Made by a program: the position numbers and the translations under genes. The notes beneath the pieces were generated by a model. That model saw only the letters and a program-made list of their open reading frames with translations, had not been told where the DNA came from and did no database searches. Of a stretch of DNA of 64,000 bases, positions 50,386 through 63,530 are shown one piece after another; position 1 is the stretch's first letter; every line of letters begins with the position of its first letter. The stretch is from assembly GCF_964194025.1 (NCBI RefSeq), contig NC_134468.1, positions 78,678,001-78,742,000 on the forward strand. Direction: 5' to 3'. This stretch comes from Convolutriloba macropyga (taxonomy: Eukaryota).

Positions 50386-53300
50386 AACGAGGTAACATAA
50401 ATATTGCATATATCGTTATGACCACACTGCAAACTTGAAGTTTGGCTGATGGATTAAGCATCGGAAAACTAAACAAACTTTTTGAGGACTTTATGCTTAT
50501 GATCAGTTTTTAGTCATTTCAAGCAAAAAAAAACATAAATAGGGTATTTCAAAGATCAATCAATATTCAATTTTTCGTCTCAACTAAGATCTCTGATCTG
50601 CTTTTTTCATGACGACAATCTTGTTAAGTTTTTGCAGCATTGTTGTAGACCATAGCACAAGCAATCCAAAATGAGTTATTTAAGAAGATAATTGTGCAAC
50701 TAAAACCCAGTTTTGGAAATAAATTGTCTGGCAATAGCAAAAATGTGAGTACTCCGCAATCTAATTCATTACTTAATCAGTGTATGTTATTTCTTCTTCC
50801 CGAAATTATGTTTATAACACTTTTTGGAATTTACAGTCTGTGACTGATATGACTCATTCGAGCATGAGTTCTCAATTTGAACGCAAATGAATGTAGTTCA
50901 ACTGGACATAAGTGCTCTCCGACTGCCCTTCAACATAGCTTTGGTTATTACCGAATGCCATTTATCTTTACAGCATCAATTAAACAAAGTGCTTGATCTG
51001 AGCAGAATAGCTCCCTGCTAAATTTTTTCTTCTTTCAATACAAAATCTTGCTAGAAAACTTTGCTAACTTATGCTACATCATGCTGCAAACAAACAAAGA
51101 AATCGTTCAAGAACCCAATTTCATATGGGTTTCAACTGAATAATCAACCAATTAAAGTAATTGAACTTTTTCTGTTTTTTAATTTGAAAGTAGCATGACA
51201 CTTCTGAAATGTAGTTCCACGTACTGTGGTGATGCAGGTGATGCCGCGCTATCTCCCGAGATAATTGCAGCCAAATTCCATCATGGACTAGCCCAACAAT
51301 GTCCATCATTAGTCCAAGTGGAAGTTTTATGCTCATAATTGTTCTTGAAAGGCAGCGACTGTTTCGAAGCGTACATTTGAGCCCTGGCCATGACTTATAT
51401 CCAGACTTTCATAAATTGTGACAATTACTAACAGAAAATCTCATAGAAAACAAAAAGACATAGGAACTGCCAAATTGAATAAGATAAAGAGCTTTTGAGC
51501 TAAAAAAACGTAATGAATACAAAATTAAACAAATGAAGGTACCTAAAAGAGCGTTTCGTAACATTCGCTGCCTTCTGCGAACAATTATGAGCTTATACCG
51601 TCCACAACATGGACTAAAATGAGTGGGCTAGTTCCTGATGGCGGCATATGGCGCTGTATAACCTGCGTCAACTAGGATAATTTTAAAATGCATTGAGGGA
51701 TAGCCACAATAAAGAGGACTTGCCCAATGGCACAATTCCCATTGCCCAAGGCTAAGCTAGCATTCAACTAAATTTTAATAAACTTGACGTTCACAACATG
51801 AACAGGGTGCGAGGTTCTCACAGTAGAATGACTGGGTTTCGAGCTCAATTCAAACGAAAAATCCTGGTTGAGAACTATATCGGTAGACTTATTCGAGTGC
51901 CCGGCCATTTTAATCATGCCATATGAGTATTTCGAATTTTTCTTCTCGCCATTTATGTACACTGTGTACAATTGTTGAAGTGTGTGCAGACAAAGCGCAT
52001 TGATCCAATACTAATGCTCATTGTAATTGCTGTCGGTATTTGTTATGCGGATGATGTGCGGAGAAGCTTTGACTATTTTTATCTTCAGTTAGCCTGGTTC
52101 AGCTGTTTTTGTACGCCAAATTAATGTTCCAGTGCTGTGTTTTTCTGCAACAAAAGTACGGGTAGTAGTTGCTTATAGTACAAGAAGAAACGGTAGTTGT
52201 AAAGAAAATGCATAATTATTTTGCAGGAAAAACTTTGATCTCTTGAATTTTTACTAGAGAAATCTATATGTGAATTTAAACAGTTTCCTCTCTATTTTTG
52301 GTTAGAAACAAAAACAAGACATCCTTTTTTAAATTTAACAGATTGTTACCAATTGGCGTTTTAGTTGATCCCAGGAATTTCTCAATCGTAATTTTTTGTG
52401 CTATAGTGCCACTATTGGCCGCGTTTCAACTCTAGTCAGCTTTCTGGAGAATACTATAGTCCGAGCCATTGTTGCATACTTTTGACATTGTGGGCCGAAT
52501 AAAAATTATTGCATTGAGCCCCCCTTTGTAGCATTTGTTATTAAAACTAAATTCTTAGAAGTCTTCTGTTTGCAGTAATTCAACCTGCGTTTTTTAAGTA
52601 TTTTGCTTGCTTTTACAGCATCACAAAAAAGAACTCTCTAGGGTTAGGACTGATATGATGTTTTCCGCCATTTTTTTCCGAAATAATTAGGGAAATTTTT
52701 TACAGAACAGCATAAGGCCATCTACTGACCATTCAAGGCAAAAACTTTTTTCGCCAACTCATCGAAAAATGCCTAAGTTAATGATAAAATTAGGGGAGTC
52801 TAAGCAGTACCAACTACTGCAAAAACTGACCAGAAAAATTTTTGCGATCTTTGCGGGAGAAAGAATAATCTTTGCAATCAACTATTTTCAGTCATTGCTG
52901 ATTATATTATGATAGTATCTTCTATACTAAGCACGCTTTGAATCAATGATGAATCAAGAGCCAGTGATATTTAAAACAAACAATTTTTGCCATGAAACAC
53001 TAAAACTATTCTTACCTTGTCAAGGTGTTCTCCAGGAGATAGAAATTTGTTTTTGAACAGTTTTTTTTTCTTGAAGCGAAGGAGGGCCTAGTTCTTTTAA
53101 CAAGTCATAGCAATCAAGACGTACTTGTATTTCATTTCTTTTTGCGGCTGTGTAGACAGCATAACTTGCTTGTTTCTCTCGCTCGGAAACCAGAGAATAT
53201 GAAGCAATGGGTTGGAACCATCTCTCTTACATGGAACCCGAGTGCGTTAACCATTACAACAACTGTTTTTCTTAAGCCCGCCCACAATGGGCTTTTGTCA

Positions 53301-53932
53301 TAATTTACTCTCTTGTTCTCTCTTCCAGGCTCTTTTTTCTCTAGCCAAGCATTCGTTGATCAAGTAGAGCTTATCGTGAAGCTATATAGAGCTTAAATTT
53401 TCCCCAATTTTCATCAGATTTTTTTCTCTCAACCTTTAATAGATCAAACAAAGATCACAGAGATGACGCCAAGATTATTTGAACGTACTTTTCTCAGACC
53501 CCGTGTGAGGAGTTTGGCACAGCTAATAGAGTCTATTCTAATGCTCTTAATTTAAACGCCAATTAAGAGAAAAAATTTTGAAATTAAATGATTAATAATG
53601 ACAATATTGCTAAAAATTAATAGTATTAAAAACTCTCACTTGTAGCAACTTATGATTTTTAAGATTATTTGTCATAGCTTATCTCATCATTAGGTTAAAT
53701 CTCCGACATATTTTTGAACGCAAAGCGAAAATTCTGAGAACACACGAGAGGCCAAATGACTTTCGAAATTTTAATATGCTAATTTAAATGTCATTGGTTT
53801 CTTCTTTGTTATACATTTCTATTCAATTTATCTGCATGTTTTAAAATTGAAATTTGGCCTCCAGTATTTTTCCGTTATTTTTAGAACATTTGAAACGGTG
53901 TCAACTTTATAACACGTGTTCTTGCTTGTATA

Positions 53933-54086
53933 TATAGTCAGTCCCATAAAGTTGCAACGCTATCGAACGTTTCAATGGTCAAAGTTCAAATTTAAAACAT
54001 GGTGATATCTAGCAAAACACTGCCCATTTGCATGCCCGAGCTTTTCGAACGTTCGCCTGCGTTGCAACTTTATGGGACTTAGTATA
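53933..54086. mobile_element. Short Tc1/mariner-like MITE
   Basis: 21-bp perfect TIR core AGTCCCATAAAGTTGCAACGC (53940-53960, 54059-54079), TA-flanked. Confidence 0.75.
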
Positions 54087-54307
54087 GTATAAGTGCCCCA
54101 AAAACCACTCAAATCCTGACATCAACCACGTCTTTTTTTATTATAGACCCCCCCCCCCCCCCCAACCCCTACGAAATAATAGCCTGCTCATTAATCTTGT
54201 TATAATGTTATATTTTTACTTCGGAAATTGAGGGGGGCGTCATATGACTATGACCACTATACTGGGGGGGGGGGGAGCTATGATGATAAAGACCCCCTAA
54301 CTGAGTT

Positions 54308-57300
54308 TTAATAAAGAACGTCTTCGGTTGCCCTTCGTCTCTCAACCCTCACAGGGCGCAAATCTTCCTCCCCTCCTGCAACCTCGGGTGACCTCTGCTC
54401 GTAGCGATGTGTTGATGATGATGAAAATGCAGACTCGGGTGTGAACTGGAATGTAGACATTGAAGTGAAGAGAGAGTGGTGTGCATTGATGTATTTGAGG
54501 CAAGATTCAAGCAGAATTTCAGTCATGTCCAGACAATGTTCCAGGGCCTAAAAAGGGTCGAACGGATCTCACAAACCTTGCGAATTAAAACTGAAATTTT
54601 GCAATCTTTAATTGAAAGAATTTCAGGAGTCTAGTGCCATATGCTATAGAAGTTTGTAGAAATAGTTAAATAGTCAGCCCAGAAGGGAACTTTTTAATTT
54701 CCGCCAGCAACGAGAATCTTCCCCGGGTCGAGAAAATTTATGGAAGAAATGCGCTGAAATGCACTGATTTTTCAAAAAGTTCAGCGCAAAAAACACATAA
54801 AAATGCGCTGAAATGTGCTGAAATGCGCTGAAACTTTGCAAGAAACGCGCTGAAAACCGCTGAGTTTTCAAAAATAGCTATAACTGAGAATCGAACCCTG
54901 CTCTCCGGTTCGGCAGCCTTCACCCAATCCACTGCGCCAAAGATTCCTGACCTTCATACTATTTATTTTAATTTTATATTAATAGACAGTTTAAGAAGAA
55001 ATGCGCTGAAATTATGTAAGAAATGCGCAGAAAATTCAGCGCAGTTCTTACATATTTTCAGAGCTTTTCAGCGCTTTTTTAAGAAAAAGTTAATTGTTAT
55101 ATAAGAAAAACTAAATTGTTCGAAATTGAGGAAACGTTGTCAAAAAGCGTTTAAATCCACTAAATAATTTAAAGAAATGCGCTGAAATTTGACTACATTT
55201 CTTATGTAAGATTTTTGCGCTGAAAATTTTGAAAAATCAGCGCGTGTCAGCTCATTTCAGCGCATTCAGCTCATTTCTTACATAATTTTAGCACATTCAG
55301 CGCACTTCTTACAAAATAACGCGCTGAAACGGCGCTGACATCTCGACCCGGGTCCTAAGATTGTTTGAACAAACGATTGCATAANNNNNNNNNNNNNNNN
55401 NNNNNNNNNNNNNNNNNNNNNNNNNNNNNNNNNNNNNNNNNNNNNNNNNNNNNNNNNNNNNNNNNNNNNNNNNNNNNNNNNNNNNNNNNNNNNNNNNNNN
55501 NNNNNNNNNNNNNNNNNNNNNNNNNNNNNNNNNNNNNNNNNNNNNNNNNNNNNNNNNNNNNNNNNNNNNNNNNNNNNNNNNNNNNNNNNNNNNNNNNNNN
55601 NNNNNNNNNNNNNNNNNNNNNNNNNNNNNNNNNNNNNNNNNNNNNNNNNNNNNNNNNNNNNNNNNNNNNNNNNNNNNNNNNTAATTGAAAAGTCCCCTAA
55701 TTGTTGCCTAGGCGAATGAAATCGAATATAACAAGCATAGATGGTGAAATTCTATTGGTGGAAAGGTAGCAGTTACCCAGAAAGAATTAATTCAGACAAT
55801 TCATTTGATTAAATAACATCATGAACAAAACCACCCTTCACCAAACTTACAGGTTCCAGACATCTCTCACGCCATGACTTCATTTTTGTCATTCCTCCTT
55901 CTCTCTTAAGCACATGCTAATACAATAAATTAAAGGCAAACATGCTGGAAACCTTTTGAATTTGTCAATGTACAAACGACAGAACAATTCGAAACATTTT
56001 AAAAACCTTAACATTTTCTTTATAATACAACTAATAGGAAGAATTTTTTAGGTTTTTAATTGTTGCACATTGCTTGTCGTTTTCCTTCAATAATAAATGA
56101 TAAATGCAATATGGGTCCTTTCAACGATTTTTGTAAGTATTTTTGGAGCCGAAAAAATCAGCTTCTTTTTTGACAAAGATGAAGATTTTGCTCTGCTAAA
56201 AAACCGTAATTTATGAAATAATGTTTCTTAAATCCCAAGGCAGAGCCAATCAGCGCTGAGTCAGTCTAGAGATATTTTGTTTTTTAGGATGACCAGTACT
56301 CTGTTCATGTCACAAACCTCCGGGTTATAAATTCTGTGCACATTAAATTTTAAAAAAAAACAGAAGATAGTCTCTATTCTACGCTGAACTTGAGTGCGTG
56401 TGTTTTATTGAACAAAAACGGCAACCTAGTGTTCATACAAAGCTGCATGCCGAGGAGGAGAGGGGTTGAAACACATATAGCTTTCAACAATTGAAACTCT
56501 GGGTACAGAAATTGGGATTCTATGTCAACTTTTTGTCTTTATAATCTCCACCAAAAAGTTTTGGCAAAACTCTTTAACACTTGTTCTTTAAAGGCATATA
56601 TACATTACTAAGACCGATTTTTCGAAATATGTGTGATCGTTTTATTATTAATAGGAAATCAACAGAATCACATGTACGTATTTTTTGCAGACAAAAATCA
56701 ATGCTTTTCAACGATAAACAAATTTCTAAAGACACGTTACCGTTCAGCTATCTAAGGCAGAACTATTAATAGTATTTAGAAATTTTGTCAAGGTCATACA
56801 AGGTCACTGGTATGACCTTGACCCTTCATTTGCGCTTTGATTTAAGCTTAAGACGCAGAACGATTTTATTTTTCAACAAACTATTTGTTTTCATTGTTTT
56901 CAGTACTCCTTCACTTACAGATAAATTGTTTTTGTTGACAGTTTTTTCAAACTGTGTCATGTCGCGTCCACATGCGCACACATATTGTCTTCCCTCGACG
57001 TCTGTTTCTTCCCATGACTCATCGTAAGAGTCGTCGTCATTTCGTCTGGTCACGTGGTGTTCACACATTCTGTGTCTCCCTGCCGAGAAAGGAACTACAT
57101 CCCTCCCCAATGTGGGGCAGAGATCAGATCTGCCTTTGGGTACCACGGGATCTTTAGAAGGACCACTGAAACATTTGGAATCACTGTATAGTTATTATGC
57201 AATATGTTTCAACTAAAGATTAAGAATTGTTGAAAACTAAGAATTAGGAATCCTTGGGCACTAAGAAATGAGAATTGTTCAAAGCAAAGGATTGGGAATT

Positions 57301-57814
57301 GTTGAAAACTGAAGATTAAGAATTTTTGAAAATCGGTGCCCCATTAGTCTTAAGAGATTGGTCCGTCAATTAGCGATCAAAATGATATAAATACTGGACA
57401 TAGATATTTTCTGTCTGGGACAGTCTGGAGATCAACATTTTCCACCTTGGACGGTGCGGAAATGCCGTTTTTCAGTGTAGGACCCGCGCCTGGGTTATTA
57501 AATTGGTTGAGATGATGCAGCCAAATGAAAAGCCATTGGCCTGACAGATTTTGTCGGAGAGTTTTTATATCTTTACCAAACATTAGCAAAAAATAGGGTT
57601 TATTATAAAGTGAACAAATGTTCCAAAACCTCAAAGTGGAGGCACCACTGTGTTCCAAGGACGTTTGCAACGATTCCACACCATCAGCACCACTTGCACC
57701 ATCGTCCGATTCCAGGACCTGCACTTCTATCTCTCTCATCTCAATTGACTCCGAACGTCCGTCATTTTCTTCCTCTTTAGCAGCACCCATTGTAATGAAG
57801 TTTGGAACCACCAT
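54308..57814 (-). CDS. Predicted spliced host gene (exons 57885/57814-57630, 57165-56919, 54547-54308 or 54353), unknown function; weak TRPM N-terminus-like motif
   Basis: TTTCAG/TTTTAG acceptors; donors GTTTTG (weak) and GTAAGT; phases 2 and 0 match; open frame ..STLS|GPSK..CACGR..NNLS|ALEHCLDM.. Confidence 0.55.
54722..55352. mobile_element. CACTA/CMC-like MITE, GCGCTGAA subfamily, intact (631 bp)
   Basis: TIR CCCGGGTCGAGA/TCTCGACCCGGG; 2-bp TSD TC; dense GCGCTGAA/TTCAGCGC repeats. Confidence 0.85.
54870..54939 (-). promoter_or_regulatory. Pol III A/B-box tRNA-like cassette with T5 terminator inside the MITE
   Basis: Minus strand TGGCGCAGTGG, 31 nt, GGTTCGATTCT, then TTTTT. Confidence 0.6.
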
Positions 57815-59439
57815 TGTCAGTAATTTGGGGACCCAGAAGAGAAATTTGCAAGAATTTGAGTTGAAACTGCTGAACTCTTGTGATACTGAAAAATTATAAC
57901 TTTGAATTATGTTTGTCTTCAACAATTTGACAACTCAACTTTAATATTTGAGACAAGTACAAAGAAGCTTAAAATTTCAAATTGGAGAAAAATTTGATTC
58001 CAAATTCAAAGATGAAAATTTGATCGAATACTCCAGAGCTGGTTAAAGCGAGTAACAATAATACAACAATACTAATAATTTTAAAAGTAAAAATTAGGTT
58101 GTGCTGAAACTCGAAAGAGGGTCTGAACTGGTCAAAACTGGTCTGAACAGGAAACGAATTAGCAAGTATTTACACAGTCAACATTATGTTAAAGTGAGAT
58201 GATTAAAGCGTATGCGGAAGGTTTGTGCCGGCGCTGCCATTACTAAAGTTTGCGCGTATTAAAAAGCAATTGTTGGTTCCTGTCTATTCAAATTAATAAA
58301 TATTTTGAAGTTTAGTACATGAATTAGCATATTTCTGGTTATTGAACATACCGCCTTATTTCAAAATTAAGATGTGAATGTGTGAATGTGAATTAAAGAA
58401 TTTTAGTAAGCCTTACACCTAATTAGCATAACCTGGAAACTTATCCCTGGAAAACTTTTCCTACAAACATATTTTGATAAACAAATGGGGAGGGGGTTTT
58501 CAAAAGTGTACCAATTGAACCTGGTCAACATAACTTAGATCGTTTATGCCTTAATAATGCAATACATAGGTTTGAATGAGGGTCAACTCCAATTACAAAT
58601 AATCATATTTCGGGCGAGTGGGGGGGGGGGGGGGGGGCTACTGACTATTTATGTTCTGCAATTATTGATTTTCATATATTCCAACGAAATCAAAACTCAT
58701 TTCATTTTCAACCCACCTTAAAATTGCGTGAATTGTGCGAGAAGTATGAGCGCGATGAGAAATTTGCTCTATATGCTTGGTCAATTATGCTATATAAATC
58801 GCTTTTATAGATGCAAAAACGGAATAAACCAATCTATTCAAATATTTTGAAGCTAAGTATTTGAAACGAGATGTGCTTAGTCGCTCATGTGTAGTTTATA
58901 GTCACATACAATAATCAATTAAACTAAACTTAAGTGAGGACGCCGAACTTTAATGGTTAAATAGTTTGCAACCATAATTATTCAACCACAGGAAGTAAGA
59001 GTTTACACTATTTTGAAAAGAGGCCACATAGCGTAATAGCTGAGAAAATCTGAAATACGGTTGTTATGGAGAGCTCTGAACAAAATTAGGAACCAGAAAC
59101 GTCGTTATTGAATTGATCCATAACGGTTCCCTAGTTCTTTTGCGGCAATCCATATCCGAAAATTGAAAACGTTAAGTTCTTCTTAAAATTTTCTTTAAGA
59201 ATTTCACGCTCGGTAAGATCAAAATCACATCACAAATCATGCTATTTTTTAATCTATGTTCACGTTTACTCTCCATTTCATTGTTTTCGGGCGAATTAAT
59301 ATGGGTGACAAAAACGTAGTTGTCAAACAAATTAAAAAAGGGTGAAAGCATGTACTTTTTAAGGGACCGCAAAATCAAAAATTTATTCTAGCAAAAATAA
59401 TTCGGTTACTCAATGCACTCAGGCGGAGGTGCGCGACCC

Positions 59440-60435
59440 AGCCCAGCCCTGAGACAGACTTGAGTTGCGCCCAGTGCAACAGACCCACCTGTGCCACCTG
59501 TCCCAGGTTGAGATCCAGACCCAAATTTTCCTCTGATGAGACTTTCTAGACCGAAATCACACGTGATCAGACTTTCCAAGCCGAAATTACCTGTGATCGG
59601 ACTTTCAACACTGAAAAGGTCTCCAATCAGACTTTCCAGAGCGAATAAGTTTTGATCAGACCATCTCCATACCATGGTCCAGAATCAAACTCAGACCATT
59701 ACCCAGACCATAATCAGACTATGATCAGACATTTCAGACCCAATTAACCTCTGATCAGACTTAATCTAGACTATTTTGGTCATATCACCAGATAAAATAT
59801 TTAACGTTATAATATATTCATTTCATGAAAATTGAGTTTTCAGTTATATTTTCAACCAAGGCAAAGTCAATTCTAAAAGTAATTCCAATGAAATGAAAAC
59901 CCAAGTGCCAGAAAAATTTTTTGAGTAGGTCGGGGATTCAAGCTTTTGACTGAATAGATGAACTTAGAAAGCTTTGCATAATAACGTCTTTTATCTGCAG
60001 TTATTCCAAATCTTTTCGAAAGTAAACTGACAGTTGCTATCAGCTGGACCCCTTGGTTCCCATGAACGGCATCAGACTCTCGATGATTCTCTGATCAGAA
60101 TGCTGCTGTATTGTTGACTCTTGGCAGAGACATCTTTTAGAAAAAAATTGCAAATATAATTTGCTCAAATCGGCCTATGATACGACTATGCTGCGCTCGA
60201 AGCCGCCTCTGATCAGACTCAAGTGCGCTCGAATTGGCTATTATCACACCCAAGTGCGGTCAAATCTGCCCATGATCAGACCAAATTGACGTCTGATTAG
60301 GCCATGGCCAGACCATGATCCAGACTGTAGTGCACTCGAGCTGCCGTTCAGACCCCGTATTTTCCCTCTGGAAATACACGCTGCACTCGAGTGGTTCTAA
60401 TCAAAGGACAATTTGGGTCTGAACCTCAGCTTGGC
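59440..60435. repeat. TCTGATCAGAC-motif repeat with ~30-bp tandem array (59520-59660)
   Basis: Unit approximately CCGAAATCACACGTGATCAGACTTTCCAAG; many GATCAGAC motifs. Confidence 0.6.
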
Positions 60436-62829
60436 TCGAGTACCAAGCTCATTTGCGTCACACAATGGTGTTAGAGGCCCACCTGCGTTGCCGCTCATGC
60501 AGTAACCACAAAAGATTAAATAATTAAAGCTCTTTTGATATAAGGATATGATGTCTTCTCTTAAAAAAATATATGTTTTTTTCAGTGTACCAATAAAAAG
60601 ATTTATTTTGCATCATACAAATCGTTCCGCTCACCAAAAAATGTTTTATTCTTGGGAAGGATCTTCCCGCACCAAAACGAAAATGTGATTCTTTTAACCT
60701 AATTTTTTAAAAAATAGATATTTAAAGATGTAGCTGAGGTTGAAAAAAGCAAAGTTATGCCTTACAGCCCGTATCATATCATTTTAGCCAAAAAAACTGT
60801 TTAACGATGACTTTTTACGTTTAGGCAAAGTTTGTAAAATACTGCTCCCGAGTTAATGGTTTTGAGGATGTACATATGAAATGAATAAATTATGCTTAAC
60901 TTGAAGAAGTATGTTATTGCAGTTTACCTGACATTGAGAGCGAGAGAATCTCGACCTGAACGCACGAAAAGTTGAACATAAACGAACGAAAGGCTGAACA
61001 AGAGCGAGCAGAATCTTGGGAAGGCCAAAAATTTGATGAACGCTTGAAAGCCTGAACTTGGACGCTCGAAAGTCAGGGAAATGCTCTATTTTCTAAACAT
61101 AAGTTCTCAAAAGTCGGTGAAAGCACGAAAACATGGACATAAGATCTTTCCGACTGTGAGCGGTCTGCACATAATGTTTTTTTGGCACCTCCATCTGGGC
61201 GCTGAACCACTTAAACTTTTGTTTGACAAAGTGTCTTATTTTTTTTCTCGATTTTTTTTGTTTTATGGTCTGGCATCGTTCTCTTTGTGCATTTTGCTAT
61301 CAACTAGCCTCCTTTTCTTTTAGTTTTTATATTTTTATTAAAGTAGCAGAGAATTTTTTGCCCAATATTCGTCAAGTCTGCAGTGGTGTTCCCTTATGTT
61401 CTGTCGTGTCTATATCTTCCTCTTTGCTTTTGTAAACGACAAGTTGTTCAGTGTTATGCTACAGAGCAATGGCTGGGCAGATTATTTCAAAAAAATGGGA
61501 CCTGCACCGTTACAGTTGCGATTGATAATTAGTAACTCTTATGCCTGTCACCGTAAGAAAGAGCAAACTTCGGCCCACAAAAAACTACAATGACATCAAT
61601 ATAGCACAAAATACGCTAGAAACTTATATGAAATGCAAGCCTTCGGCTTGACAGTGTCACAGTTATTTACCTGCTCATCGCTAGCTAAACACTGAGCGCG
61701 TAGGGCCTTGAAAACTGTTTACGTTCTTCATAAAAACGTTTCAGGTTTTACTGTGGTCAGCGACGGCAGCTCACTCTGACTTCCCATCAAAAGTGATCCT
61801 ACCCACTTGAAAAGTTGCAAAAAAGAAGGCTCTAAGTGGATTTTGAGTGGCGAGAGATTGAGTTACAAATCTGTCTGCTGACACTGGAATTGTTTCCGCT
61901 ATCATGATACCAAGAACTGCAAGTGATACTGCCTTTTGCGGAAATTGTGACTGGAAAGCTTGACACGGACTGTGGAAAGTTTGCCACGGTCTCAGAGTCC
62001 GTCTAAAACAGATGTACAGTGACAAGAAACTGCACCTCGACGTACTTTCGACAGAAACAAAATGCTTATATGTTTTTCGGTTTTGAGCACCTTATTTGAC
62101 TAACACTTGCAACAACGTCTTCAGACCTGACATACTACTGAATCAACAGTATGGCAACAAGTGCTCTGGCGGTACACACAGAAAAAATTTTTTTTGCATC
62201 ATAGACAAAACGACATGGGCACTTGGAGACAACTATATGGATGCACCAATTGTTGAAACTTAAGAAAAATTTGATAATGATCTGTGTTAACTGACAGAAG
62301 AACTCATTTTTAGGGGAAAATTGAACTGGTTGGATTTTAGTTCCAAGTTTTTTGTATTATTTTTTAAATATTTCAATTTTGCCTGTGTTGACCCAACTTC
62401 ATCAGTACCTTTAATGTATTTCTCCTTGTTTATCTACATCAGACAACAGATCTGATTGCTTCTATTTTAGATTAGATGCAAAATATACTCTATTTATGAG
62501 AAAATTTTCAAATCTATATTTAAGTATGTCAATATTTTAAATTTTTAGGATTTATTGGAAATTCAGTTGCCTCATAAGACTCTTCATGTCAAGTTTTTTG
62601 CAGCTTATGATTTTTGTAATATGCTGCAAAATTTTTAGTTCAAAAACGTTCACATAATTTTTTTTTGATTTTTAGTTCAAAAAAACTCCAAACTTGGCAT
62701 GACGTATACTATGATGTCTAAATTGAGCTATCTTTTCAGATGATAAAGGGTCAACGTTTGGACAACAAGTTAAATAGCACTGATGGCACAGAGGGACTTG
62801 ACGTCAAAGTAAACGGCTTATGGATCAGT

Positions 62830-63260
62830 TTTTGTCTTATCCAAAACCTTGTTCACTGTTTCTGAGGATTGTTAATCTGGATGTTGCTTTTTGTTCAAGA
62901 GTTTCTTGTTCTTTCACTACCCTTATCGAATGCCAACCAACCAATCGCTGCAATAAAAATGCTCTGACCGTCCCCTGAACTACATTTTATTTACTGAAGT
63001 GTTTCGAAGCTGCAAAAATTCATCATTGATCCTGTGTCAGTGGGTTTCTTGTACCAATGACAGTTAAATTTGTTATCGTTTCTCACATTTACGTCACACA
63101 GAGTTTGAATTGTCACACGTTTTAATTGTTGCTCACATTTACGGGAGTGGAGGTTAAACACGTAAATGGTATTGTATTGTTTCATCCGTATTGAATGGCT
63201 CCTGTAGCGTAGCACGCTGCTTTAGGTTCAACATACAGTAATTGAAGCTCTTGTTTGTCA
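62830..63260 (-). pseudogene. Penelope-like retroelement RT C-terminal relic
   Basis: FNLH..DVNV..WYKKPTDTGSMMNFCS, typical of the PLE RT thumb region (Y.KPT.T..Y/F.S). Confidence 0.7.
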
Positions 63261-63530
63261 AACCAAAAAATTTTCGAAAAACAAAATTTGGAAAACAGCC
63301 CATAGATTAAAAAATGATAATGAATTAGATGTCAGCTCCTCACAGAAAGCCCGAATGATTCCCTTCGTTATCGTTATTTTTTCCAATCTTACTTACCTAT
63401 TCTGTCTATTTTTCTATTCCGAGTGTCGTTTGCCAGTGACTTGCGAATGAAGATAAACATCTTTTAAGTAGAAGAAGGAAGCGACTAATGGTCAAGCAGA
63501 TAGCTCAGAAGATATATATGGCGAGAAGTT

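Noticed and set aside
59533-59572. Hammerhead-ribozyme-like core CTGATGA..GAAA..TC
   Set aside because: Stems I and II do not pair beyond 1-2 bp; it is one variant unit of a 30-bp tandem repeat
59406-59675. ORF with FGLESLI repeats, and other short ORFs in MITEs, LTRs, antisense to pol or spanning N gaps
   Set aside because: Translation by-products of DNA repeats, antisense frames or gaps
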